29,636 bases of DNA from a virus (taxonomy: Duplodnaviria > Caudoviricetes): the IMG/VR virus record IMGVR_UViG_3300020183_000341, positions 1 to 29,636 of that record; one strand, written 5' to 3'. Within the stretch, counting starts at the first letter, position 1. The number at the start of each line of letters is the position of its first letter. Below the pieces are notes generated by a model. It had not been told where the DNA came from. It saw nothing but the letters and a program-made list of their open reading frames with translations, and did not search any database. Positions 8,730 to 17,244 of this stretch are shown here, one piece after another. Made by a program: the position numbers and the translations under genes.

Positions 8730-9560
8730 TTAAGAGTTAAACAAGTCGTCAAATGCTTTTGTAACATCATCGGATGCTGCTACCTTTGCTTTAGTAGCTG
8801 TTGGAGAAACTGGTACTGATTTTGCTGCACTTGCAGCAACTGCTTCAGTTGTTTCTTCATCTACTGTACCTGCGCTAACTGTGCCTTCATTTGTTTCACC
8901 TGAGTCTGGATTCAACCATTTATCCATAACATCTTTTAGTTCTTCATAATTCAACTCAGGAAACAAATCCAAAATATTGATTTGATTCTTAATTGAGTCT
9001 ACGAGACTTGTATTTTTGGGATCCACAGCTGTGGTTGCGTTTGGTTTTACACGAATCGTTGTTTCGGGAAAACTCTTTCCACTTTCTTCAGCGGTACGAA
9101 ACTCTACAACAATATCACGTCCATTGGTTAGGTCGGTAATATCACCGTAGTCCGGATCACTGATTATCGAAAGAATTTCTTGATAGACTTGCTTACCAAA
9201 TCCCCAAAATTTTACTCCTTCATGTTCTTCACCACGAACAAATATAGGTGCAAATGTACGCATCTTTGGTTCTAGTTTACGACCATTTTTCCAATCTTCT
9301 TTATCACCTGTCTTTTTAAGACGATTACTAAACTCAACAATAGGGTCTGGACGACCAAAACTATCGGGAGACATATAAGTCTTTCCATTTAAATTATAAT
9401 GAAACTTCAGTTCAATAAATGGATTGTCAGGAGTGTACTTGTATGGAACGATTCTTACAACTTGCTTACCTGGCTTGGGTTTCCAAATAAGATTTGTTTT
9501 ACTTCCTTGGTTTGAAAGTGAGTTCAAACGACTCTTTAGTCTGCTAATATCTAATGCCAT
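8730..9560 (-). CDS. Single-stranded DNA-binding protein, T4 gp32-like
   Basis: WKPKPGKQVVRIVP, VKFWGFGKQVY, YGDITDLTNGRDI, acidic tail AFDDLFNS; adjacent to the recombinase. Confidence 0.88.
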   Translation of the reverse strand: MALDISRLKSRLNSLSNQGSKTNLIWKPKPGKQVVRIVPYKYTPDNPFIELKFHYNLNGKTYMSPDSFGRPDPIVEFSNRLKKTGDKEDWKNGRKLEPKMRTFAPIFVRGEEHEGVKFWGFGKQVYQEILSIISDPDYGDITDLTNGRDIVVEFRTAEESGKSFPETTIRVKPNATTAVDPKNTSLVDSIKNQINILDLFPELNYEELKDVMDKWLNPDSGETNEGTVSAGTVDEETTEAVAASAAKSVPVSPTATKAKVAASDDVTKAFDDLFNS

Positions 9561-9649
9561 AATTTTTTAATTAGTTAATTGTTTAATTGATTAATTTGTT
9601 TAAAGTTAACTCACTCAAGTCAACAACAACGTTCTCAATCGTGAGAGTA

Positions 9650-9678
9650 ACTCTACACCATCAAGTTTACGCCGTCAA
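9650..9678 (-). promoter_or_regulatory. Sigma70-type promoter for the SSB gene; ATATTTATA copy adjacent at 9681-9689
   Basis: TTGACG-17 nt-TAGAGT. Confidence 0.65.
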
Positions 9679-9688
9679 GTTATAAATA

Positions 9689-10078
9689 TCAGATAGTTAC
9701 AATTGAGAATAATTTTAAATCTATAATTCGCAAACCGTGTTCGCCTGTAAGAATGATTGTGTTTTTATACAATTTCCAATTTAATTTATAATTTTTGTCA
9801 AAACTGCCATTTTCTTCTTCTATAATTTTATTCATTGCATTTAGTGTATACAAAGTGTTTGTTTCTTTTTTTCTGTGTACACTTATTGTGTTTGCAAATT
9901 TTGTAGTATTATCATCTTTTTTATTAACATTATATGTCAAATATACTTCTCGTAAATTCTTTACGTTTGAAAATACAAATATTTTGTTATCTATTAGTTC
10001 ATAAAAAGATTTTATGTTCTCGATTGTTAAAGTGTAAGTTTTACTGTCCGAAAATGTGCATAAAAGTTGTCTATTCAT
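9689..10078 (-). CDS. Hypothetical phage protein, 129 aa
   Basis: ATGA overlap with the upstream gene; globular-looking with HRKKETNTLYTLNAMN block; function unknown. Confidence 0.8.
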   Translation of the reverse strand: MNRQLLCTFSDSKTYTLTIENIKSFYELIDNKIFVFSNVKNLREVYLTYNVNKKDDNTTKFANTISVHRKKETNTLYTLNAMNKIIEEENGSFDKNYKLNWKLYKNTIILTGEHGLRIIDLKLFSIVTI

Positions 10079-12393
10079 ATTTTTTCTACTACTTTTTGTC
10101 CCTCAATCTTGAAAGAAAATTTACTTCCACTGGAACTGTCCATTAAGTAATTTACATATGTTGGTTTTGGAATATCATCATCTGATATAATACCGTTAAA
10201 TAAAAATAGATTAACGGTCATGTATCCATCTTCTTGTATTAGGTTAATACGTAATTTTCCAAGTTTTAATTTATCAATTTTGGTAGGTACTTCCAATTTA
10301 TAATTACCTTTAAATCTTAATCTTTCAATTTTTGATCCTGTAAATTTTATTAGTGGTAAACTTATATTGTTACCGAAAACAGCTTCGGATGATAATGTAC
10401 TCGCCAATTTAATAAAATCTTCACGAATTTTTTCTGGAGAAGATGTGCTGGTATCTTTTAATATATTATCAAGTATCAATTCAACATATCCAAGTGCTAA
10501 TATATTGCTGCGATATTTCAATATAGGTTGTAAATCCAAACGTGCTATACAATCATTTTCCTTATTATTTTTCAATATATTATCGATTATACTAATAATG
10601 TTGATTCTTAACTTTGAAGTCAAATCACTTTCCTCTTTTGATATTACAATAGGAAAGTATTCGAGCAATAGTGGATTTTTTGAAAATTCGTTTATCCGTG
10701 CCATCAATCTATCATCTTCATGTGATGATTGTAATATCTTCTTAAATGATGTTAGATTCTTAATTAGAGATGATTTTAATACAGCGGAATTTTTATCACA
10801 TACAGCTTCATCTTCGTTAAGAGTATTTATGTCTTTTTCAATTTCCATTTCTAACATCTTTAGATCTCGCATTTCACTTGTTTCCATACGTTTGACATCC
10901 AAGTTCAATTCTTTAAAAAGAAAATTTGTGATTTTAGTTTCAAAAGGTTTTATCTTGTCGATAAAATCCTTGTATATCTTTTGTAACTGATCAGGAATAT
11001 CCTTTATTATTTGAGCAAATTGTTTGAAACTATTCATGATAGTATCCAATACAGCTTCACTCAATACTTCTTGTTTTACAGCTTTTGTAGATTTTCCAGG
11101 TGCAATTGGTATTTCTGTACCGACATATGTTACTAACTTTTGTAATACATGTCCTAGTCGTGCACTACCAGCTTTTAAACTTACCAGCGCAAAAGTTATA
11201 TTTTTATCTTTTACTTTTGCAAGTGAATCAACATCTTGTTGATCAATTTGTCCATCATCAAGTGCCTTATAAACATCATCCGCCGTACCACCGTATATCA
11301 ATACAATGTCTGCTGTATTTTCTTTACTCCTACCGGCATTTTCACCTGATTTAACATCATTATATTTACCCGCAAATTTATAAAACTTTTTGATATCTTT
11401 ATGAATAAAATCAGATGGTGTACCTAAATCTGACAATGAAATACTACCGACACCGCCGATTTCAATAAGATCTTTATTTACAAGATCATATATCTTTAAA
11501 TTTTCTTCTTTGAATATAGGATTTTCAATCTTTTCCAACTTGGAACGTAGTGCTCCCCATTTCTTCAAAAAATCGATAGCATATTCTTGATAGTTACCAC
11601 TTGCATTTAAGTTTGTAAAATCACGTATACCATTTGCTACTAATATCGGAATAGTTTCAAATATTAGAGTTTTTTTGCTTTTATCAGCGTCTTTTAAAAA
11701 ATTAAGAGTTTCAAACAACTCACTATCAAGTATTTCTACAACTTTAGCTGCTTTTTTTAAATACACAGCAGGACTAATTGCTTCGGGTACAATTATACTT
11801 TTACCTAATTGTTCATCATACTTTTGTTTGCCAATATATTCACCATTTGAATCGTACCACAGAAATCCTTTGTTATAAAAACCAAATGATTTTGCTTCTT
11901 CCAACGCATATTGAAATGTTGGTGTAGTTAGAAGACCTACTACAGCTTGTGAATCTTGTTTAATTTCTTCAGGTGAACGTGTGTCTTTGTCGGAATTTTC
12001 TAGATCTCCTACTTCTTTATCAACCAATTGTGTTACGGGTTTTTCTGGTTTTGAAACATCAGCGGTTGCTAAATCGTCGTCTTTTGTAAAAATATTTGAT
12101 ACACTTTTTTTAGGGTTTTCAGCGAAGTGTGTACCTTTGTTGACGGCACGATTACGATATTCTTTAGTAGGAAATGTAACTAGTATACCATTTTTATTAT
12201 AAGCCTGTCTTTCAGGAAATCTACCGGCTTCAAATAACTTAGCGGTTTTTTCGGCTACTGTCTCTATGTCTAATCCTAGTTTTTCTAGGTATTCTTGTAA
12301 AATAAAAACGTGATCTGGATTATTTATCTCAAATACTCCGTTTTTGATTCGATTATCGCAACAAATATCGTTTATTATAGATTCGACCTTCAT
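10075..12393 (-). CDS. Large hypothetical protein, 772 aa, with a possible PD-(D/E)XK-like nuclease motif
   Basis: ENTADIVLI...FALVSLKAG centrally; preceded by ATATTTATT-N4-ATG. ORF is secure, function is tentative. Confidence 0.7.
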   Translation of the reverse strand: MKVESIINDICCDNRIKNGVFEINNPDHVFILQEYLEKLGLDIETVAEKTAKLFEAGRFPERQAYNKNGILVTFPTKEYRNRAVNKGTHFAENPKKSVSNIFTKDDDLATADVSKPEKPVTQLVDKEVGDLENSDKDTRSPEEIKQDSQAVVGLLTTPTFQYALEEAKSFGFYNKGFLWYDSNGEYIGKQKYDEQLGKSIIVPEAISPAVYLKKAAKVVEILDSELFETLNFLKDADKSKKTLIFETIPILVANGIRDFTNLNASGNYQEYAIDFLKKWGALRSKLEKIENPIFKEENLKIYDLVNKDLIEIGGVGSISLSDLGTPSDFIHKDIKKFYKFAGKYNDVKSGENAGRSKENTADIVLIYGGTADDVYKALDDGQIDQQDVDSLAKVKDKNITFALVSLKAGSARLGHVLQKLVTYVGTEIPIAPGKSTKAVKQEVLSEAVLDTIMNSFKQFAQIIKDIPDQLQKIYKDFIDKIKPFETKITNFLFKELNLDVKRMETSEMRDLKMLEMEIEKDINTLNEDEAVCDKNSAVLKSSLIKNLTSFKKILQSSHEDDRLMARINEFSKNPLLLEYFPIVISKEESDLTSKLRINIISIIDNILKNNKENDCIARLDLQPILKYRSNILALGYVELILDNILKDTSTSSPEKIREDFIKLASTLSSEAVFGNNISLPLIKFTGSKIERLRFKGNYKLEVPTKIDKLKLGKLRINLIQEDGYMTVNLFLFNGIISDDDIPKPTYVNYLMDSSSGSKFSFKIEGQKVVEKI

Positions 12394-12408
12394 CTATAAT
12401 AAATATAA

Positions 12409-13704
12409 TCACATAATCACTTGTTGTAATTCTTGGTAATTATTGCCAAAATATGTTTTTACTTTAAATTTCTTGTTTTTGACAATCTGTATAATATCTT
12501 CTATTACTGATTTACCACAAGACTTGTTGATATCAAACAATATACTGTCGTACGTATATAGAATAGGTTTAATTTCTTTGTCTATAACGTATTCGTTTAC
12601 ATTCTTTAAGCTATTGATACCATATTCAGTTTCAGCCGATTGAATTATGTAACTAAATAACTTGTTTTTATTTGCATCTTCAATATGTTTATCTGTGATT
12701 TTTCGTTTATAAATAGGCGTAGTTACATAACCCTTTTTAACAAACGAATTCCAATATTGGTCTTTTAACTTATCAATCTTTTCGAAGTATGGTATTTTTA
12801 AGTAGACAGGTTTAATTTCACCATACAGATTTACCATAGTCAATTTCTTACTTTTGCTTAAGAATTCCGAATCGACCTCTGAAATATTAAAATATTGTTT
12901 AGCAAGATGTTCATATATTGTCTCATTGTCTGGTACAGTATAACCTATTAAATTAGATACAATATATGGATGAAATCCTGTAAAATCTATCATGAACAAA
13001 AATCCGTCAGATCCATATCTGCTTACAAAAGCACTTCTACAACCATTTTCTTTGTTCAAAGCCGCATAATTCACACCGTCAAATCGATTGCTTGGTCTAC
13101 CAGTAGGATTGTATATATAATATTCACTATAAACAAATCCATCATATACCTTTGAATCAAAATGTTGTTTAAAAACAGCTTCATCTACTTTCAAACCGTT
13201 TCTTTCAACCTCATATAAGGTATTTGAAATTACATCATTGAAAAATTTAAAACAATATGATTGTGTGTCTCCATTAAATTTACTTCGGTACAACTTTACT
13301 TCTTTGTCAAAAATAAGTTGATGAATCGATAACGGAATAATTTTGTTAAAGTTATTCAAACTTTGATTTCTATAAAACAAAACATCATATTGATGACAAC
13401 TAATATCATCATTTAATTCATTTTTTTCAATAAAATCAAACAAATTTACATCAATTAATTTATGATTTTTAAGAAAAAAACTATAAGATTTTTTATTATT
13501 TACATAAATTTTTGACTGTTTTATTCCTTCTACAAAGGTTTTAAAATCACAATTTAAACATAAATCTGGATGACAAAAGTTATAAGTTTTTGTATTTTTT
13601 GTATCAATATCATAAACCAATGCCGCAATAACTTTGCTTTTTGCAACATGATTATTCACACTGTCTAATACAAATTTAAGATATATGTTACGATAGTTGT
13701 CCAC
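12409..13704 (-). CDS. Short divergent family A DNA polymerase-like protein, 431 aa
   Basis: LYEVERNGLKVD, TGRPSN, RSAFVS, motif A MIDFTGFH, motif B SKKLTMVNLYG, IQSAETE, motif C LYTYDSILFD; GTG start. Confidence 0.85.
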   Translation of the reverse strand: MDNYRNIYLKFVLDSVNNHVAKSKVIAALVYDIDTKNTKTYNFCHPDLCLNCDFKTFVEGIKQSKIYVNNKKSYSFFLKNHKLIDVNLFDFIEKNELNDDISCHQYDVLFYRNQSLNNFNKIIPLSIHQLIFDKEVKLYRSKFNGDTQSYCFKFFNDVISNTLYEVERNGLKVDEAVFKQHFDSKVYDGFVYSEYYIYNPTGRPSNRFDGVNYAALNKENGCRSAFVSRYGSDGFLFMIDFTGFHPYIVSNLIGYTVPDNETIYEHLAKQYFNISEVDSEFLSKSKKLTMVNLYGEIKPVYLKIPYFEKIDKLKDQYWNSFVKKGYVTTPIYKRKITDKHIEDANKNKLFSYIIQSAETEYGINSLKNVNEYVIDKEIKPILYTYDSILFDINKSCGKSVIEDIIQIVKNKKFKVKTYFGNNYQELQQVIM

Positions 13705-13710
13705 ATATAT

Positions 13711-13738
13711 ACTCTAAAACAATTTTTTAAAAAGTCAA
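13711..13738 (-). promoter_or_regulatory. Sigma70-type promoter for the PolA-like gene
   Basis: TTGACT-16 nt-TAGAGT, then 6 nt to the GTG; same -10 hexamer as the SSB promoter. Confidence 0.55.
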
Positions 13739-14121
13739 TATCCTAAATAATATTGTAACGGATTTTTTAAATAATCTTCAAGTAGAGGTATAGTTTTACT
13801 TCCTATTTTAATTTGTTTCGTATTATATTCAGTGACACCGGGTGTTTGTAATACATTATTTATATAAACACTGTTTGCAGGTCCACTTAGTTTCCACTTA
13901 ATTTTTACTTTTTTGTATATAACATCAACAATTAAATCATAGTTGTCTTGTAAAACCTCATACATTGTATTGTTTGTAACTCGGTATACAAAATATCTAT
14001 CAATAAATATTTTTTCATACATTTCTTTGGTAATTTTCAAAGCGGTTGGTACAGGTTCTATAGGATTGAAACTTCCAACCTTTAATTTTTGCTTAATTGA
14101 ATCTGATGTATTTAAAATCAT
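13735..14121 (-). CDS. Hypothetical protein, about 128 aa (start revised from 14187 to 14121)
   Basis: ATG at 14121 forms an ATGA overlap with the upstream stop, removing a 70-nt overlap; last gene of the baseplate block. Confidence 0.7.
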   Translation of the reverse strand: MILNTSDSIKQKLKVGSFNPIEPVPTALKITKEMYEKIFIDRYFVYRVTNNTMYEVLQDNYDLIVDVIYKKVKIKWKLSGPANSVYINNVLQTPGVTEYNTKQIKIGSKTIPLLEDYLKNPLQYYLGY

Positions 14122-16910
14122 ACAGTTATGTATTCTATGTTTTCTCCGGCTATACATCTTGGCAAAGCAGTTATTGCAGTTTCCCACATTCCACTTTGTA
14201 CAATATGATTCACTTCAGTAATCATAAAAATTATGTTTCCAGGTAAATACGGTCTTGGTAAATTACTTATAGAAAAATGTTGATACATTTCAAATCCATA
14301 AATTCCTTCTAACGTCACAGTTAAAACTAAATTTGGATTTACCTGACTATATATGTTAAAGTTATTATCAATATCTTTGTCTGTCAATATAGCGGTCAAT
14401 AAATTACTATTTACTTGATTTAATGCTAAGGCTTTGAAATTATACAAATACGTCTTACCTTCATCTGGTGGTGGTAAACCGGCCGCAACGTTAAAACCGT
14501 TTAAAGGTTTAACATATGTCATAATAGGCACACCCGAATCTCCGAGGTTACTTGCTTGAATTTGTAATTGTGCAGCTGGATTGTTTTGAATTTCCAGTTT
14601 CGGTTGAGGTAAGTTAGAATTAGTTCCGGCGGGATTTTGTTTACGTGTAATCTCAAATAAACGGTCACCGTATCTTAATGGAACTAAAGTATCAATACTA
14701 GATTGCGTATCTGTATCTGTAGGATCTTGGTTTAGGTTACCACCAAATATAATTTGATTTGTTTGTTCATCTACTAAACTTGTATTAAAACTTATTTGTT
14801 TAAATAAACCTTTACTATTACCTATATCGAACATGTAGATTTGTTGTATATTATCTTTATTACCAAAGTTTTTATCTACAATTTGTAACTTGTTATCACC
14901 CATAGTAATATCAAGTTCCCAATAATTATTTACAGCTGAATTTATACGTGGTAAAATAAAAGTTAATAGTTCTTTTACAGTTGTTATCGAAGATTCATTA
15001 CATGCTTGTATAAGCAAATCAGTTGAAACATATAAATGTTTCAAAAATCCATAAGTGTGAGCTGCATATATGCTTCCCTTTCCATTTGAATTTTTTCTAA
15101 ATTGAACGTCTTTGATTTGTGGAAAAGCACATGAACCAATAGTTTTATCGATTAATTTCGGTTTGCCGTCTTCGGTTCCCTCATCATCATATCCTTTTGT
15201 CTTCGAATTATTAGCATATAGTCCATAAAATAATCTATTTATCACGACATCATGATCATCTCTATAAATTCCATCTTGTTTAAATATTTTTTGAGCCTTT
15301 AAAAATGGTTTTTCGAAATGTGATCCTTTTATTTCATCCTCTATATAAGTCCAGTCCGATGTTTGTTTTGTAAACGCATCATCTGCGTAATCGGATGTTA
15401 AGAAACCATTTATACTACCTTTGTTGAATTTCGGCGCGAATCTATTTGGTATAAGTAAAACATCGGAATTACATGATATCAGATTTACATGTGCGGCTAT
15501 TGGATTGGAATCGGCGTCGATACCATTGAATACTATACTTTTGTTATCTTCAAAAAAGAAGTTTAATATTTCAAAAAATAAATCAAATTGTATGTAAATT
15601 ATGTTTTGATTGCCGGAATCAAAATCTTTATCAAATATTTTTGTATATTGATTATCTAAAGTTGTTAACGGCCATAAATGATTACCATCAATATTTGGTT
15701 TTCTTCCTAAAAATATTCTATCTTCAGTTTGTCCTCTATAAAAGTTAAGAGGTAATTCTTTGTTACTACCAATTAGAAATGTTTGTAGATCTGTTTCTTG
15801 TTGAGCATTTAATCTTTTACTAGTTGTATTGCCTTGCGCGTTTTGTGTTGAAATTAAATTTTGATTCCGAGTTATTTGAGACAGATATGTAATTAGGTTT
15901 TGTCCACCTCCTTCATGTGTTATACAACCTTCTAAACTCTGTAGTACATAAGTTAAAAACGATTTAAATGATGGTGTACATTTTGTCGAATCAGTTGTTT
16001 CTGTCTCTACGCTGTTTTTAACGTTTACACCTGCATATAATGCCTGACCGGACATTATGTTTACTCTACAATCGTATTTTAATCCATCCGTTGTATCATA
16101 TGAATAATTTGTAATTATACCCGTTATTACTCCATAATTACCATTTGAATATGCACTATGAAAATACGTTTTTTCACGTCCGCCTGGTATGAAGAAAGAC
16201 AATGTACCATTTTCAGCTTGAATTGAATCTGTACTTATATCAATTAAAGATTTTTGATTAAAAATGTGATATCCAAATTCCAATAAAGTAGAAATACCGG
16301 GTGTAAAAAAGAATGGTGTTAAAAATTCTAGTTGAGCTAATGAATAACAAATTATGTTCACTTCAGCTTCAAGTATCAATTCACCGTTTTGTTTTATGCT
16401 TATACCTGTTATACCGGGTTGTGGTAAAAGTGTTGGTGAATCACTTAGTTGTGGAAATTTATAAGTAACACCGCCAGACGTTGTTTGTGTTTGTTTCCAC
16501 GATCCATCTAAATAACTTTTTAAATTTAATTTATAAGGCTTGCCATCAACATCATAACCTATAACAGGTTCTGTTTTACTAAAAGTCTTTGTATCTATAC
16601 CGTATGAGGTATAAAAACCATCTCCTCCTTGTAATACAAAACCATTTGCACCACCACCTTCGCTATAAGGTTCCAATAATGGTGTAAGTGGCACTAAAGC
16701 ATTGTTTACAGGTTTAGCGTTTCCATTCGAAGTAAATCTTACCCATGTACGTAATGGGCCTTTATAGTTGTCGAAATTTCCATTCAACATTTCGGTACCG
16801 TTGGTTGGATAATTTAATCCATAATTCTTGGATCTACGTCTTATTTCTTTTATAAGATAATCGGGTATAGCTTGAATTTCCCACCATGCATATTTTCTAT
16901 ATTCAGCCAT
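14118..16910 (-). CDS. Putative baseplate hub / tail protein, 930 aa
   Basis: Position after tape measure and LysM-like gene; PQPGITGISIK, TPGISTLLEFGY, and C-terminal LTVTLEGIYG..FMITEVNHIVQSGMWETAI resemble phage hub beta-barrel proteins. Confidence 0.6.
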   Translation of the reverse strand: MAEYRKYAWWEIQAIPDYLIKEIRRRSKNYGLNYPTNGTEMLNGNFDNYKGPLRTWVRFTSNGNAKPVNNALVPLTPLLEPYSEGGGANGFVLQGGDGFYTSYGIDTKTFSKTEPVIGYDVDGKPYKLNLKSYLDGSWKQTQTTSGGVTYKFPQLSDSPTLLPQPGITGISIKQNGELILEAEVNIICYSLAQLEFLTPFFFTPGISTLLEFGYHIFNQKSLIDISTDSIQAENGTLSFFIPGGREKTYFHSAYSNGNYGVITGIITNYSYDTTDGLKYDCRVNIMSGQALYAGVNVKNSVETETTDSTKCTPSFKSFLTYVLQSLEGCITHEGGGQNLITYLSQITRNQNLISTQNAQGNTTSKRLNAQQETDLQTFLIGSNKELPLNFYRGQTEDRIFLGRKPNIDGNHLWPLTTLDNQYTKIFDKDFDSGNQNIIYIQFDLFFEILNFFFEDNKSIVFNGIDADSNPIAAHVNLISCNSDVLLIPNRFAPKFNKGSINGFLTSDYADDAFTKQTSDWTYIEDEIKGSHFEKPFLKAQKIFKQDGIYRDDHDVVINRLFYGLYANNSKTKGYDDEGTEDGKPKLIDKTIGSCAFPQIKDVQFRKNSNGKGSIYAAHTYGFLKHLYVSTDLLIQACNESSITTVKELLTFILPRINSAVNNYWELDITMGDNKLQIVDKNFGNKDNIQQIYMFDIGNSKGLFKQISFNTSLVDEQTNQIIFGGNLNQDPTDTDTQSSIDTLVPLRYGDRLFEITRKQNPAGTNSNLPQPKLEIQNNPAAQLQIQASNLGDSGVPIMTYVKPLNGFNVAAGLPPPDEGKTYLYNFKALALNQVNSNLLTAILTDKDIDNNFNIYSQVNPNLVLTVTLEGIYGFEMYQHFSISNLPRPYLPGNIIFMITEVNHIVQSGMWETAITALPRCIAGENIEYITV

Positions 16911-16913
16911 AAC

Positions 16914-17204
16914 TTAATTTAATCTTTGTAATTCTTGCATTATTGGAGTTAAATCTGTAGGAATTCTTAGTACCTTGCCAGCAGGAATCGATAGTTTACC
17001 TTTTCCCAAATTATTAGCATTTGCTATAATCCACCAAAAACTTTCGTTGTTATAGTATTTTTTTGCTAAACTGTCAAGATAATCATTGTCGCTGGCAACA
17101 ACATAAATATCGCTGTCACGTACGGGTATCACAGGATAAAAAGTAGTTTTATATACTTTTGCACCATCGAATCTTTTGGTTATATCTGTAAATGAATATC
17201 TCAT
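16914..17204 (-). CDS. LysM-like baseplate protein (gp53 / tail X-like), 96 aa
   Basis: DYLDSLAKKYYNNESFWWIIANANNL..IPAGKVLRIP; GGAGGT Shine-Dalgarno 8 nt upstream. Confidence 0.82.
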   Translation of the reverse strand: MRYSFTDITKRFDGAKVYKTTFYPVIPVRDSDIYVVASDNDYLDSLAKKYYNNESFWWIIANANNLGKGKLSIPAGKVLRIPTDLTPIMQELQRLN

Positions 17205-17244
17205 ATTATCGTACCTCCATCATATCAACTTCCGTTGTTCTTGT

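Noticed and set aside
10367-12202. Several plus-strand ORFs up to 207 aa antisense to the 772-aa gene (likewise 18824..19264, 20167..20448, 21514..21858, 17192..17476)
   Set aside because: Shadow frames of real genes with Ser/Ile/Phe/Leu- or Pro-skewed composition and no expression signals.
14122-14187. N-terminal 22 aa of ORF 13735..14187
   Set aside because: Overlaps the upstream gene by 70 nt; ATG 14121 gives a standard ATGA coupling.
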